The notes beneath the pieces are model-generated. The model did no database searches and was not told where the DNA came from. It saw nothing but the letters and a program-made list of their open reading frames with translations. A DNA stretch of 64,000 bases from Desulfobacterales bacterium (GTDB lineage: Bacteria; Desulfobacterota; Desulfobacteria; Desulfobacterales; UBA5852). The position numbers and the translations under genes were made by a program. The stretch spans positions 704,001 to 768,000 of the forward strand of contig CAXXVS010000003.1 of NCBI GenBank assembly GCA_963674755.2, given 5' to 3'. This document shows, piece by piece, positions 21,035 through 31,690 of the stretch; position 1 is the first letter of the stretch, and every line of letters begins with the position of its first letter.

Positions 21035-21304
21035 GCGGTGCGACTTTCTTTAAAACGGCCGTTTGTTTTCAAGGCTGAATTCGCCTTGCGTAACCATCCG
21101 GCGTGGTGAAAGGGCCGGGGGTTCAAGGATCCACGGTACCAATCGATTTCCCGATTCTGGGTGTAATTACATCAATTGGTTACTTCATTTGGGTTATTGT
21201 CTTTTAGACCCCGATTTCGATTTTCAAACAAAAAAACTTAAAAAAGGGGCGGCGTAGGGGGGTGAAATTCGGGAGTTTGCGCCGTTCACGCGACCCCTTG
21301 GACC

Positions 21305-22339
21305 CTATCCGCTTGTCCCACCCTGGCCCCGTTCGGGCGGCGGGTTTTGGGTTTCCAGCTCCACAGTGACCGGCATGCCCTGGCGCAGGCCTTCATCCGG
21401 GTTTTCGGTCACCACCCGCAGACGGAAGACCAGGTCGGTGCGCAGGCGGGGGGTTTCCACATTCTTGGGGGTGAATTCGGCTTCCGGTGAGATAAACCCC
21501 ACATGCCCCCGGTAGGGATGGCCCGGGCGGCTGTCGGTATAAATCCGGGCCGGCATCCCCGGCCAGATTTTTCCCAGTTGCGGCTCGGGCACATAGGCCC
21601 GGATCCAGACCGGATTGTTCAGCGACAAGGTCGCCACGGTCTGGCCGGCCGCGACGATGGCTCCCTGTTCCACCACCCGGGTCAGGAGCACCCCGTCGGC
21701 CGGAGCGATGATCGCGGTGTCCCCCAGGCGGATACGGGCCTGTTCCAGGCGGGCCTCGGCCTCGGCCAGTTGGGAGCGCCCGGCGGCGATATCTTCTTTC
21801 CGAAAGCCCTCCAGGGCCAGGGCCAGGGCCGCGCGGGAACTGGCCAGCCGGGCCCGGGCGGCGTCGCGGCCGGCCTGGATGTCATCGAAGGCCTGTCGGG
21901 AGATGGCATTGACCTTCACCAGGGCACGGTTGCGCTGAAATTGTTCTTCTAGGGCCTTCAGGGAGGCTTCGGCTTCTGAGACCTGGGCCCGGGCCTGGCG
22001 GATCTCCTGGGGGCGGGTGCCGTTCAGCAGGCGGGTCAGTTCGGCATCGGCCCGGTCCCGGGCGGCTTGGGCCAGGGCCACTTCGTTTTCATAGGGTACG
22101 CGGTCCAGCAGGGCCATCTGCTCACCCTGGCGAACGGCATCCCCCTCTTCGAAGAAAAGCGTTGCCAGGCGTCCGGCCACCCGGAAGCCCAGGTCCACCT
22201 TGCGGATGTCCACATTGCCGTAAAGCGTGAATTCCGTTCCGTTTGCGGCCGCCTGGTCGCGCTGCCAGGTGCGGTAGCCGTAAACGCCGCCTGCAATAGC
22301 CGCAGCAAGCACCACGAGTATGATGATTTTTTTCTTCAT
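21305..22339 (-). CDS. ybhG: HlyD family membrane fusion protein (YbhG-like)
   Basis: LYGNVDIR, coiled coil, ISPEAEFTPKNVET, LRQGMP. Confidence 0.88.
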   Translation of the reverse strand: MKKKIIILVVLAAAIAGGVYGYRTWQRDQAAANGTEFTLYGNVDIRKVDLGFRVAGRLATLFFEEGDAVRQGEQMALLDRVPYENEVALAQAARDRADAELTRLLNGTRPQEIRQARAQVSEAEASLKALEEQFQRNRALVKVNAISRQAFDDIQAGRDAARARLASSRAALALALEGFRKEDIAAGRSQLAEAEARLEQARIRLGDTAIIAPADGVLLTRVVEQGAIVAAGQTVATLSLNNPVWIRAYVPEPQLGKIWPGMPARIYTDSRPGHPYRGHVGFISPEAEFTPKNVETPRLRTDLVFRLRVVTENPDEGLRQGMPVTVELETQNPPPERGQGGTSG

Positions 22340-22356
22340 GCGGATCGATCCTTTGA

Positions 22357-23019
22357 TCAGGTTTTCCGGGCGGCCATGAAGTCGAGGGCTGCCATGGCGC
22401 GCGAGAAGACGGTTTGCTGGATTTCAGCGATTTCCTGGGCCGTATAGCCTTCCATGCCGACCCGGCGCATGACGGTGGCCCGGCCGGCGCGCCAAACCAT
22501 GACCTGGCCGATGAAGAGCACGGCTTGCAGGCTGCACTGCCGTTCGTCGGTCTCTCCGGTGATGGCGGCGATCAAAATGGCGAAAGCGTTGAGAATGCGT
22601 TCCATTACCCGTGGGTAGATCACGTCAAAAGCCGCCGAGGGCGCCATCTGTTCCCGCAGGATGATCTGGGAATACGGCATGGTGCCGGGGTCGCCGCACA
22701 TCACGGTCACTATGGTGGAAAGTCCATTTCGCAGCAGGTCGCGTGCTGTTTCGGCATCCAGACTTGTTTCCGCCAAATCCTGGATTTTGGTCAGAAACGG
22801 ATCGAGCCGGGTGCCGAGAACATCAGCGATATGCTCGACTGCGGCCAGATAAAGCCCCTCCTTGTTGCGGAAGTAATAGGGGATGGCCGAGAGGTTGACC
22901 CGGGCCTTGTCCGCCAGCATGCGGGTGGTAGTGGCATTGAACCCGTTGGCCGCGAAAATGTCGATTGCCGCCTGAATCAGGCGCTCCCGGGCATCCGGTT
23001 TGGTGTCAGATTCGGTCAT
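22357..23019 (-). CDS. cecR: TetR family regulator (CecR/YbiH-like)
   Basis: N-terminal TetR HTH (ATTTRMLADKARVNLSAIPYYFRNKEGLY), ILREQMAPS; heads a ybhGFSR-like operon. Confidence 0.8.
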   Translation of the reverse strand: MTESDTKPDARERLIQAAIDIFAANGFNATTTRMLADKARVNLSAIPYYFRNKEGLYLAAVEHIADVLGTRLDPFLTKIQDLAETSLDAETARDLLRNGLSTIVTVMCGDPGTMPYSQIILREQMAPSAAFDVIYPRVMERILNAFAILIAAITGETDERQCSLQAVLFIGQVMVWRAGRATVMRRVGMEGYTAQEIAEIQQTVFSRAMAALDFMAARKT

Positions 23020-23057
23020 GGTGGGCTGTCCTTTCGGATGAAGTCCGCCAGATAATA

Positions 23058-23090
23058 ATTCATACGTTTGATTAAGTCAAACGTATGAAT
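23058..23090. promoter_or_regulatory. probable TetR/CecR autoregulatory operator
   Basis: Perfect 14-5-14 inverted repeat attcatacgtttga-ttaag-tcaaacgtatgaat, 39 bp upstream of the TetR start. Confidence 0.75.
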
Positions 23091-23849
23091 AAAATATTGA
23101 CGATATTCGGCATTCCCCGGTTATACACAACCCGATTCACCGGCTTCAAAGCCTGTGATTCATCCCTCCCCATGTGCCGGGCAAATCACAAACATTCTGG
23201 TTTTAATATGGGGTATGGCCCCTATTCGGTTGCCCACCGGCAAGGATGTGCGTGGTCATGTCCTGTACCCGAGCATTCTCCTATAGGAGCGTCGGACAGG
23301 GTGCCTATCAGGCGCATATGGTATGAGTTCCGGGTCCGACCTCCAAGTGCTCATGGTCGCAAAGGTTGATCGCCCCTGTCATAAAGGATTCCTGTTCGCC
23401 GAAAACGCTTTAAGTGTAAGCTCAAAAGTGCTATGGGCAGCGTGATGCATGCTGCGGTCGAAGCACTGTTGATCTAAGGGAAAAGTACTTCTGCCTCCAT
23501 TCGTCAGCTTCAAAGCCGGTGATTCGTCCTTTTGCCATCCCCAAGTGCTGGGACAACTCACAGACCCATTGTTTTCGAAAATTTATGGTTACACCCGTTG
23601 CGGACAAGCCACGCCGGTGTTGTGTTGCCGATGGCCTTTGTTGCTCGGCGCATTGCGGAGAACTTTCGTGGCACCCATGGCATGGAGGTGCCGGGTCACA
23701 ACCGCATTGGCGAAAGGCGACAACAATGGATGGAAGCTAGTATGGCGGCGGCTCTTCTGTTGTCCAGCGAGTTGTCGCACGAATAGGAATATATGCGGTT
23801 TAGCAAAGGATGTATGGGAGAAACCAGACATCAGAAAGAGGAGGGGAAT

Positions 23850-25108
23850 GTGTTGAAAGCGCTTATGATTCGGGTGAATGTGATTGCTCTTGTTGTCATT
23901 GTGTCTCTATTATTCGGTGCCGGTCCCGGAGAAGCGTCGGAAGTCAGCAATGCGGAAATCCTGAAGCGGCTGGAAGCGATGGGGCAGCGAATTCAGGCGA
24001 TGGACGCCGAGATCAAAACCCTCAAACAGGAAAACAAGGAACTCAAGGCCGAGCTCAAACAGGTTAGCCCGGGCCAGGCTGAGCGCCAACCGGTTGTGGC
24101 GGCCACCGGGGCGGAAGGACCTCCGGTGAACATGACACCTCTGATCGCGGATAAGCCATTCGAGGGGGGCCTTCAGGTAGATGCTGAACTTCTTCAGCTC
24201 ACGGTGGATCAGGATTCCGTAGCCTACGCCGGCTATCTATCCGGCTATACAGCACTACGGCCTCAATCGATGCCGGCCAGAATACGGAGTTTGACGAGAA
24301 TACCGCCTGGCGCTTCGGCCTGTCCTACATTGGGCCCACCGGTTGGGACGGAGGCCTGAAATATATGCACTTCAATACCTCGGGGGACAGTTCCCTCGGG
24401 GAGAGAGGCGTGGACAACGACAATGTATGGGTGAACCATCTGGATCGCTCCCTGGCGGACGTCGTCCTAAACAACACCTTTGACGACGGGGTGGCCGATT
24501 ATGCGTCTCAGGATCTTAAAATCGGTTTTGATGTATGGGACGCTGAGCTGGGACATACCTTCCGCACGAGTGACCACACGGCCCTGCGCCTTTTCGGCGG
24601 CCTCCGCCATGTCGACCTGAACAACGACTCTACGATTCAGTACGAAAACTGGGAAAGCGCCCTTCATCAAGTGGCCGTTATCGAGGACCGTCTGGACGTG
24701 GAAGGGTATGGCGCCCGCATCGGCGGTTCCGTTATGTGGGATATTTACGATACCGGTCTCAGCGTCAATTTCGGCTCGGCGCTCTCTCTTGTGTATGCCG
24801 ATTTTGATCTTTCCCGCAGCGACAACTACCAGTCGAGTGCTTCCACAGGCACTACCACAGGCACGCGCAGCATAACTTCGGATACGGAATCCCTGCTGCC
24901 CATCGTCGATATCAATCTCGGCCTGAAATACCGGTACCAATCGTTTTTCGTTGAAGGCGGCTACCTCCTTTCCTACTGGTTCAACGGCGATCGGCAGTAT
25001 CAGGTTGTGGGTCATGACGATGTCGATGACACGACGAGCCCCTACGGTTACGAAAAATCGGACATTAGCTTTCACGGATGGACCCTGAAGGCGGGGGTTG
25101 TATTTTAA
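23850..25108 (+). pseudogene. outer-membrane beta-barrel (Lpg1974/MOMP-like) with N-terminal coiled coil, frameshifted near 24250
   Basis: Signal peptide and coiled coil in ORF 23850-24359; second frame open from 24188 reads ...AWRFGLSYIGPTGWDGGLKYMHF... into ORF 24365-25108, ending in the OMP-type C-terminal Phe (KAGVVF). Confidence 0.7.
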
Positions 25109-25363
25109 TATAACAGAAGATAACAACCAAGGCCGATACGCCTGACCATTCAAAGTCTGCTAAGCGTTTGTGCGTTCAAAGACGATACCGATAGGTTAGA
25201 CGCCGTTTTGAAAAGGGGACAGCGGAGCGAGGCACCCGGCTGCTTGTCGCGCTCTGCTGCCCCTGAGCCGTTTTGACGAGCGATAGGAATACGCCGCGCG
25301 GCAGAGGAGGCCGCCGTCGTCTTTTCTTCTGGTGTGCCGCTTCAACAGAAAGGAGCCATTCCA

Positions 25364-25717
25364 ATGAACGTCATCCGATTCGACACGGCCGAAAGCTATG
25401 AGCCCGAGAAGGACTGGAAGCGCATCAGTCTGTGCGGCCAGGCGGACATTTCCATCGAGCACTTCGTGAAACCCGCCGGCCATGCCTCGCCCCGCCACAG
25501 CCATCCCAATTCCCAGGTGCTGATCGTGCTCAAGGGGCAATTGACCATCACCACGGACGAGGACGAACAGACCCTGTCTGAGAACGACGCGGTCTACATC
25601 CCCGGGGACGAACCCCACATCGTCACCAATCCCCTGGACGAGGTGTCGGTGGGGATCGATATTTTTGTGCCGGGGCGGTCGTTCGATTTTTGGTTAAAAC
25701 GCAAGACGGCTTCGTGA
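25364..25717 (+). CDS. cupin domain protein
   Basis: SPRHSHPNSQV...G...YIPGDEPH; RBS AAGGAG; last codons and stop lie inside the repeat array. Confidence 0.88.
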   Translation: MNVIRFDTAESYEPEKDWKRISLCGQADISIEHFVKPAGHASPRHSHPNSQVLIVLKGQLTITTDEDEQTLSENDAVYIPGDEPHIVTNPLDEVSVGIDIFVPGRSFDFWLKRKTAS

Positions 25718-26411
25718 AACGCCCAATATCTGCGTTGTGCGGCGCCCCTCGTCGCTGCGTCGTACCTGGTGTACGCCTCGCTCCTCAGACCTTGCACGCC
25801 TTGATCTTGGACGTTTCACGAAGCCGTCCGGACGAGGTTTCCGAGGCCCAAATCATGGATCGAGGGGCCATCGCCCAATATCTGCGTTGTGCGGCGCCCC
25901 TCGTCGCTGCGTCGTACCTGGTGTACGCCTCGCTCCTCAGACCTTGCACGCCTTGATCTTGGACGTTTCACGAAGCCGTCCGGACGAGGTTTCCGAGGCC
26001 CAAATCATGGATCGAGGGGCCATCGCCCAATATCTGCGTTGTGCGGCGCTCCTCGTCGCTGCGGCGTACCTGGTGTACGCCTCGCTCCTCAGACCTTGCA
26101 CGCCTTGATCTTGGACGTTTCACGAAGCCGTCCGGACGAGGTTTCCGAGGCCCAAATCATGGATCGAGGGGCCATCGCCCAATATCTGCGTTGTGCGGCG
26201 CTCCTCGTCGCTGCGGCGTACCTGGTGTACGCCTCGCTCCTCAGACCTTGCACGCCTTGATCTTGGACGTTTCACGAAGCCGTCCGGACGAGGTTTCCGA
26301 GGACCAAATCATGGATCAGAGGGGCCATCGCCCAATATCGGCGTTGTGCGGCGCTCCTCGTCCCTGCGGCGTACCTGGTGTACGCCTCGCTCCTCAGACT
26401 TTGCACACCTT
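25705..26411 (+). repeat. tandem array of a 152-bp REP/MITE-like unit (about 4.5 copies)
   Basis: gcccaatatc recurs at 25721, 25873, 26025, 26177 and 26330; first unit has a perfect 17-bp IR gacggcttcgtgaaacg/cgtttcacgaagccgtc (25705-25828). Confidence 0.95.
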
Positions 26412-26686
26412 CAATTGAGCCTGCCTTACCCCGCGAACCCTGCAAACCTTACGGTTGCCAGGTTCGCGGGGGCAAGCCGTCCCTGTTTCGATCAGACCCT
26501 CCGCCTCCCTCATATTTGCTTTTGCAAACTTAAACTAAAAATTCCTAAAGAAGTTGCGCCGCATCGCCGATATCCTGCCTGTCCCACCAGATGGGTGTTC
26601 GGGCCGGGCGTTTCCCGGGCCACCCGCAGGGACGCTCTAAAACCATGCACCGCGGTGCCTTCCATCCCTCAAAGGAGTTTTTAACG

Positions 26687-28579
26687 ATGAAGAAGCGTTC
26701 CCTCAAATTCAAACTGATGATCAGCGGCATACTGATCGTTCTGGTACCTTTAGTCATTACGGGGTTTTTTTCGGTCACCAAATCCTCGCAGGCGCTGCTT
26801 AATTTGGGGAAAAGCAATATCGAACTCACCGCCAAAACGCTGGCCACCACGGTGGATCTGGTGCTTTCCGAAGAGATTAAACTGGTCAATACCCTCGCCG
26901 CCGACCCGGTAACCCGTTCCGCAGCCGAGGCCTATTCCAACCGGGGTCCGGACGGAGCGGCCGCCGAAATCGAGTTGTTGGGCCGCAAGCTCCAGGCGAC
27001 AATGAAGAAAGTCGGCAGCGATTACGAAGGCCTCTTCTTAACCAATACCAAAGGCATTATCATAGCCGACGGTGTCGGCGGAAAACAAAAGGGAATCGAC
27101 CTATCCACTCGGGCCTATTTCAAGAAGGCGATGGCCGGCAAGGAGGCCGTGTCCGATCCGGTCAAATCCAAATTATCCGGCAATCTTATCGCGCCAGTGG
27201 CAGTGCCCGTCTTTTCCGCATCCGGGGAGGTGGTCGGCACCGTGGCGGCCGTTCTGGACATCAATTTTCTGGTGGCGAAAATAACGAGCATCAAAATTGG
27301 CGAATCAGGCTATCCGGTGATCACGAACGACGCAGGCTTGACCGTGGTCCACCCCAACAAAGACCTGATTTTGAAGGTCGATGTGAGTAAGCTGCCGGAG
27401 ATGGCGCCGCTTTATAACGGCTTCAAATCCAAAGCCTTCGGGACGAGCGACTATGTTTTTAAAGGTGTGGACAAGACCGCGGGGTTTGCCGCCTGCCAGG
27501 TGGTGAACTGGCACGTGCTGGCCATCCAGGACCAGGCAGAGCTTTCCGCGGCCTCCCACACCATCCGCAAGGTGATCCTGCTGGTTGGCGCCGCTTTCCT
27601 GGTCCTGACCATATTGGGGGTCCTCTTTTTTGCGGGCTCCATCAGCAAGCCCATCAACCGCATCGTGGCTCTGCTCAATGCCGGCTCCGACGAGGTGGCC
27701 TCCGCTTCGGGGCAGGTTTCGGGGGCCAGTCAATCCCTGGCCGAAGGCGCTTCCGAGCAGGCCGCCGCCATCGAGGAGACCTCTTCCTCCCTGGAGGAAA
27801 TGGCGTCCATGACCCGCCAGAATGCCGACAATGCCGGCCAGGCTGACCAGCTCATGCGCGGCGCCAACGACATCGTGGGTCAGGCCAGCCGGGAGATGGA
27901 GGAGCTGACCACATCCATGGGTGAAATTTCCAAAGCCAGTGAGGAAACCCAGAAGATCGTCAAAACCATCGATGAGATCGCCTTCCAGACCAATCTCCTG
28001 GCCCTCAACGCGGCGGTGGAGGCGGCCCGCGCCGGGGAGGCCGGTGCCGGTTTCGCCGTGGTGGCGGACGAAGTGCGCAATCTGGCCATCCGGGCCGCCG
28101 AGGCGGCTAAAACCACTTCCGATCTGATCCAGAGCACCTCGGGACGGATTCAAAACGGTGCCGGGCTGGTGGAGACCACCAACAAGGCCTTCCGCGAAAT
28201 CGCCGAAGCCAGCGGCAAGGTCAGCGATCTGGTGGCGGAGATTGCCGCTGCTTCCAAGGAACAGGCCCAGGGGGTCGAGCAGATCAACAATGCCATCTCC
28301 GAGATGGACAAGGTGGTTCAGAACAATGCGGCCACGGCCGAGGAATCCGCGTCGGCGTCCGAGGAGATGAACGCCCAGGCCGAGCAGCTCAAGGCGATCG
28401 TGGAACAGTTGGCCACCATCATCTCCGGCAGTCAACAAGCGCGCCCTGTGGTTGCCGCGTCCGCGTCCGGAAGGCCGGTGCGGCCTGCCAATGGGAAGAA
28501 GGCCGGCCATGCTTCGAGCGCTCCGGAAGCGATGATTCCATTTGACGACGGCCACGACGACGCTTTCGGCGATTTTTAA
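26687..28579 (+). CDS. methyl-accepting chemotaxis protein with Cache sensor domain
   Basis: Two TM helices around a periplasmic Cache-like region; [37 protein letters not shown] hairpin; C-terminal FGDF. Confidence 0.95.
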   Translation: MKKRSLKFKLMISGILIVLVPLVITGFFSVTKSSQALLNLGKSNIELTAKTLATTVDLVLSEEIKLVNTLAADPVTRSAAEAYSNRGPDGAAAEIELLGRKLQATMKKVGSDYEGLFLTNTKGIIIADGVGGKQKGIDLSTRAYFKKAMAGKEAVSDPVKSKLSGNLIAPVAVPVFSASGEVVGTVAAVLDINFLVAKITSIKIGESGYPVITNDAGLTVVHPNKDLILKVDVSKLPEMAPLYNGFKSKAFGTSDYVFKGVDKTAGFAACQVVNWHVLAIQDQAELSAASHTIRKVILLVGAAFLVLTILGVLFFAGSISKPINRIVALLNAGSDEVASASGQVSGASQSLAEGASEQAAAIEETSSSLEEMASMTRQNADNAGQADQLMRGANDIVGQASREMEELTTSMGEISKASEETQKIVKTIDEIAFQTNLLALNAAVEAARAGEAGAGFAVVADEVRNLAIRAAEAAKTTSDLIQSTSGRIQNGAGLVETTNKAFREIAEASGKVSDLVAEIAAASKEQAQGVEQINNAISEMDKVVQNNAATAEESASASEEMNAQAEQLKAIVEQLATIISGSQQARPVVAASASGRPVRPANGKKAGHASSAPEAMIPFDDGHDDAFGDF

Positions 28580-28641
28580 TCCGCCGGAGGCGGACGAAGG
28601 GCTAATTCCCTGCCGCGTAAGGCGTTACATGGCTTTTACAC

Positions 28642-28665
28642 ATACCCCGCTGCTTTGCGGCGGGG
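28642..28665. repeat. short GC hairpin resembling IS200/IS605-end or REP palindrome
   Basis: ataccccgctgctttgcggcgggg; no transposase adjacent. Confidence 0.35.
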
Positions 28666-29149
28666 CGACCCAATCTCCCCCCGCGGCCGGCGGATGAATA
28701 CAGCGGTATGCTGGATAATCCGCCGGCCGCACCCCGCCTGGGAAGTCATAACGGCATCAGGCACCCCCTTAATGCATTGACAAAGGAAGCCCCCCGGGCT
28801 ATGGGTGCGCAGACATTTCATTACAACCATACCCTTTAACGGGACACGCCATGCAATTCCATACCTCTCTAAAACATATCGCCATCCTGTCGATACTCCC
28901 CCCACCGCCCTGCCGACGCTAAAGCGTTTCGGCCATGGGTCTTTCCTGAACCGCCGTCCTATGGGGCGGATGCGGTCAGGTCATTCATTGCTTAAGCCTC
29001 TCCAGTAAATTGGGCTGCTGACGGACGGGACTGTTTATCCGGCCTTTGGTGCATCCGTGCCGGGTAAACCTCATCTCCGCCCGTGCACGTGCGCTGGACA
29101 GCTCTTTCCCCTGGAGCGGCTTGTTGCAGCAGGTGAAAGGATTGTATCG

Positions 29150-30322
29150 ATGACATCCAAAACAACGGCCTGCGGGCTGTTTCTGGCTATTTTTTTGATG
29201 ATGACCGGGGTGGGGATGATCGTGGCGGTCATGCCCCGGCACTACATTGCGCTGTCCGGCTCGCCCCACACCGTGGGCAGTTTGGCAGCGGCGTTCGCCA
29301 TCACCTATCTCATGGTCCAGCTGGTGGTGGGCCGGCTGGCCGACCGCTACGGGTTCCGGCGGTTTATCATCGCCGGCTATTTCATCTGTGCGGCGGCCGG
29401 CGTTTGCTTCTATATCAGCGCGGATGCGCTCATGCTCATCCTGGGGCGCCTCATCCAGGGCTTCGGCGAAGCGCCGGCCTGGTCCCTGGCGCCGGCGGTC
29501 CTGGCTCTCCAGAACCCGGCCCGGCCGGGCCGTCTGATCGGCGCCTACAGCGCGATATTGCATGTAGGGCTGGCACTCGGTCCTGCTCTGGGGATTTTGT
29601 GCCGCGTCATCTGGCCGGAAGAAAGCGTGTTCGCTGTTTTTGCGGGGTTATGTTTCTGCGGCGGATGGATCCTGATCGGGACCTTCCGGGCGGATGCCCC
29701 CCGCCAGGAGGCGCCGCGCCAGACGTCTTGCCGGTGGCGGCTGCCCAGGGAGGAAACCGCCGGTCGCGCTCTCATGGCAACCCTTTTAGGGGTCGCACTT
29801 TACGGGGCGGGCTATGGAACCTTCCTCACGGTGATTCCCGTCTATCTGCAAGCCGCTAAAGGGTTCGGCGAAACCGGCATCGCGCTGTACTTCAGCGGAT
29901 TCTACGTGGCCATCGGATCGGCGGCGCTGCTGACCGGCCTGCTGGGCGAACGCCTCGGTCAGCGCCGCTTGATGGCGGCCGGCCTGGCCCCGGCGGCCAT
30001 CGCCATGGCCTTCCTGCCGGCGGCCGAAGGTATGGTCCTGCTCGGGCTGCTCTTCGCATCCATGCTGGCCCTGGGCATCTTCGGGATGAGCTCCCTGGGC
30101 TACCTGAATGCCCTGGCAGCCCCGGAGCGCAAGGGCACCTTTTCCGGGTTCTATTTTCTGGCCTGGGGTCTTGGCATGTTCCTGGGGCCCCTGGTGATCG
30201 GCGGCATGGACGCCCTGGCGGCACCGGGAACCGGACTCCAGAGCTACGGCGTTTTCACAGGCCTGTATAGCTTGATTCTCGGCCAAGCGCTGACCGGCGA
30301 GGGGGCGGTCGTCATGGACTGA
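29150..30322 (+). CDS. MFS transporter
   Basis: About 12 hydrophobic helices; motif A GRLADRYGFRR and GRLIQG. Confidence 0.9.
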   Translation: MTSKTTACGLFLAIFLMMTGVGMIVAVMPRHYIALSGSPHTVGSLAAAFAITYLMVQLVVGRLADRYGFRRFIIAGYFICAAAGVCFYISADALMLILGRLIQGFGEAPAWSLAPAVLALQNPARPGRLIGAYSAILHVGLALGPALGILCRVIWPEESVFAVFAGLCFCGGWILIGTFRADAPRQEAPRQTSCRWRLPREETAGRALMATLLGVALYGAGYGTFLTVIPVYLQAAKGFGETGIALYFSGFYVAIGSAALLTGLLGERLGQRRLMAAGLAPAAIAMAFLPAAEGMVLLGLLFASMLALGIFGMSSLGYLNALAAPERKGTFSGFYFLAWGLGMFLGPLVIGGMDALAAPGTGLQSYGVFTGLYSLILGQALTGEGAVVMD

Positions 30323-30613
30323 CGGGGTGGCCGCTTGAATCGTCCTATGCAAGGGGGGGGCGGCGCGGCCCCGGCGCCTGTCGCGCAACCGGGACCCGGA
30401 CCGCTGCCGACCGCCAACTCCCGGCTTGACTTGGGCAACCAAACAGATTTATGTCGTTTGCTGAGCGCAGCGGATCCATCTTAGCGGCCCAAGCTTATGG
30501 CGGCATGCCGCCCTGGCCGGTCGATGCGCCTGGTGGACACGTCTGGGATGAAATCCACATCTGGACAACAGAACCTATAGTTTCGTTAATCTTCATGAAA
30601 AGGAGGCTGGAAA

Positions 30614-31582
30614 ATGGCGACGGAAGAAGCTGCGAAAATGAAGCCCCTCTGGCTAGCAATCGAAGAGGAGCTCCTTGCGCTCGGGTCACAGGGACTATCG
30701 GGTGAGGGATCGGAGGCGACGGTGCACAACATCGCTGGCAACCTGGACGGCAAGGGTTACAATGTATCCAAGCACGGCGGCCACCTGCTGCAATTGCGGT
30801 TTGCCCTGGAGGACATGCGCAAGGTCGGCAACCCTCTGATGGAGGATTTCAATGCGGCCCTGAATGCCCCCCTGCTGGAAGACCTGCTGGATCAATATGC
30901 GGCCGCTGACAAGCTGATCCGCAATGTGGGCGAAACCTGGCCCAGGCTCAAACGGGCCGAATGCCGTCCGGTGGTGATCGCCTTTGTCGAGCAGCGCAAG
31001 CTCGACCTGCTCATCGAAAAGGCCCGCGCCATGTCCGGCGACGACGGCATCGAGCTGCTCATCACCGAGAAGGTGGCGCCCGAGGTGATCACCCGCGGCA
31101 TGGAAATTACCGAGGAGAAGCTCAAAGACGTCAACACCGCCATGGAGAAGCGGGCGGCCGAACGCAAGCGGGTGCTGGGCCTGGTGGAGAAGGTCAATGA
31201 CAAGTCCGACGAGGACAAGGTGCGCTACCTGATCGACAACAACGTGGCCGAACCGCTGATTCTCGAACTGGGAGGCGTCGACCAGGCCGCCATCGACGGG
31301 GCCAAAAAGGCCATGGAAGAGGAGCTCAAGGAAAAACAGCGCCTGGCCGAAGAGGAAGCCGCCCGCAAGAAAAAGGAAGCCGAAGGGCCGGCGCTGGAAG
31401 ATATGTCGCCGGATGAGATGCTGACCCACATCGAGGCCATTCGTGAGATCATGGAATTCAGCGACGTGGAGAAAGAAATCCGCACCATGTGCGAGCAGAG
31501 CGCCCTCCCCAAGGCCCTCGTGGACATTGCGGTTTCCGACCCCGCCAAGCTGGACGAGCTGGAAAAGCAAGCGGGAGGATGA
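30614..31582 (+). CDS. hypothetical protein (helical, acidic, coiled-coil)
   Basis: Strong RBS AAAGGAGG, host-like codon usage, 322 aa; no recognisable motif. Confidence 0.75.
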   Translation: MATEEAAKMKPLWLAIEEELLALGSQGLSGEGSEATVHNIAGNLDGKGYNVSKHGGHLLQLRFALEDMRKVGNPLMEDFNAALNAPLLEDLLDQYAAADKLIRNVGETWPRLKRAECRPVVIAFVEQRKLDLLIEKARAMSGDDGIELLITEKVAPEVITRGMEITEEKLKDVNTAMEKRAAERKRVLGLVEKVNDKSDEDKVRYLIDNNVAEPLILELGGVDQAAIDGAKKAMEEELKEKQRLAEEEAARKKKEAEGPALEDMSPDEMLTHIEAIREIMEFSDVEKEIRTMCEQSALPKALVDIAVSDPAKLDELEKQAGG

Positions 31583-31690
31583 CGCAAGCGTAAGGCTTAG
31601 CAGGTCTTTTTAGGATCCAAGGGTCCAAGGGTTCCGGGGGCCGAGGGAAGGGCGAAAACTTTCCCCCCTGAACTTTGGGCCCTTGTTGTT

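Noticed and set aside
23091..23849. Riboswitch or small gene in the 760-bp leader of the beta-barrel gene
   Set aside because: No cobalamin, c-di-GMP or other consensus recognisable by eye, and ORFs lack RBS or motifs; an Rfam scan would be needed.
25690..26684. Repetitive ORFs (MRRPSSLRRTWCTP...) and CRISPR interpretation
   Set aside because: Translations of the 152-bp DNA repeat, whose period is not a multiple of 3; no spacers.
26418..26686. c-di-GMP-I riboswitch upstream of the MCP
   Set aside because: A GGGACGC and a strong hairpin are present, but the GGCAAA..GAAA..GACGCAAAGC arrangement is absent.
27305..28555. Long antisense ORFs (this one, 33263-34639, 11496-12668, 19337-20533 and similar)
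   Set aside because: High-GC shadow frames opposite well-supported genes.
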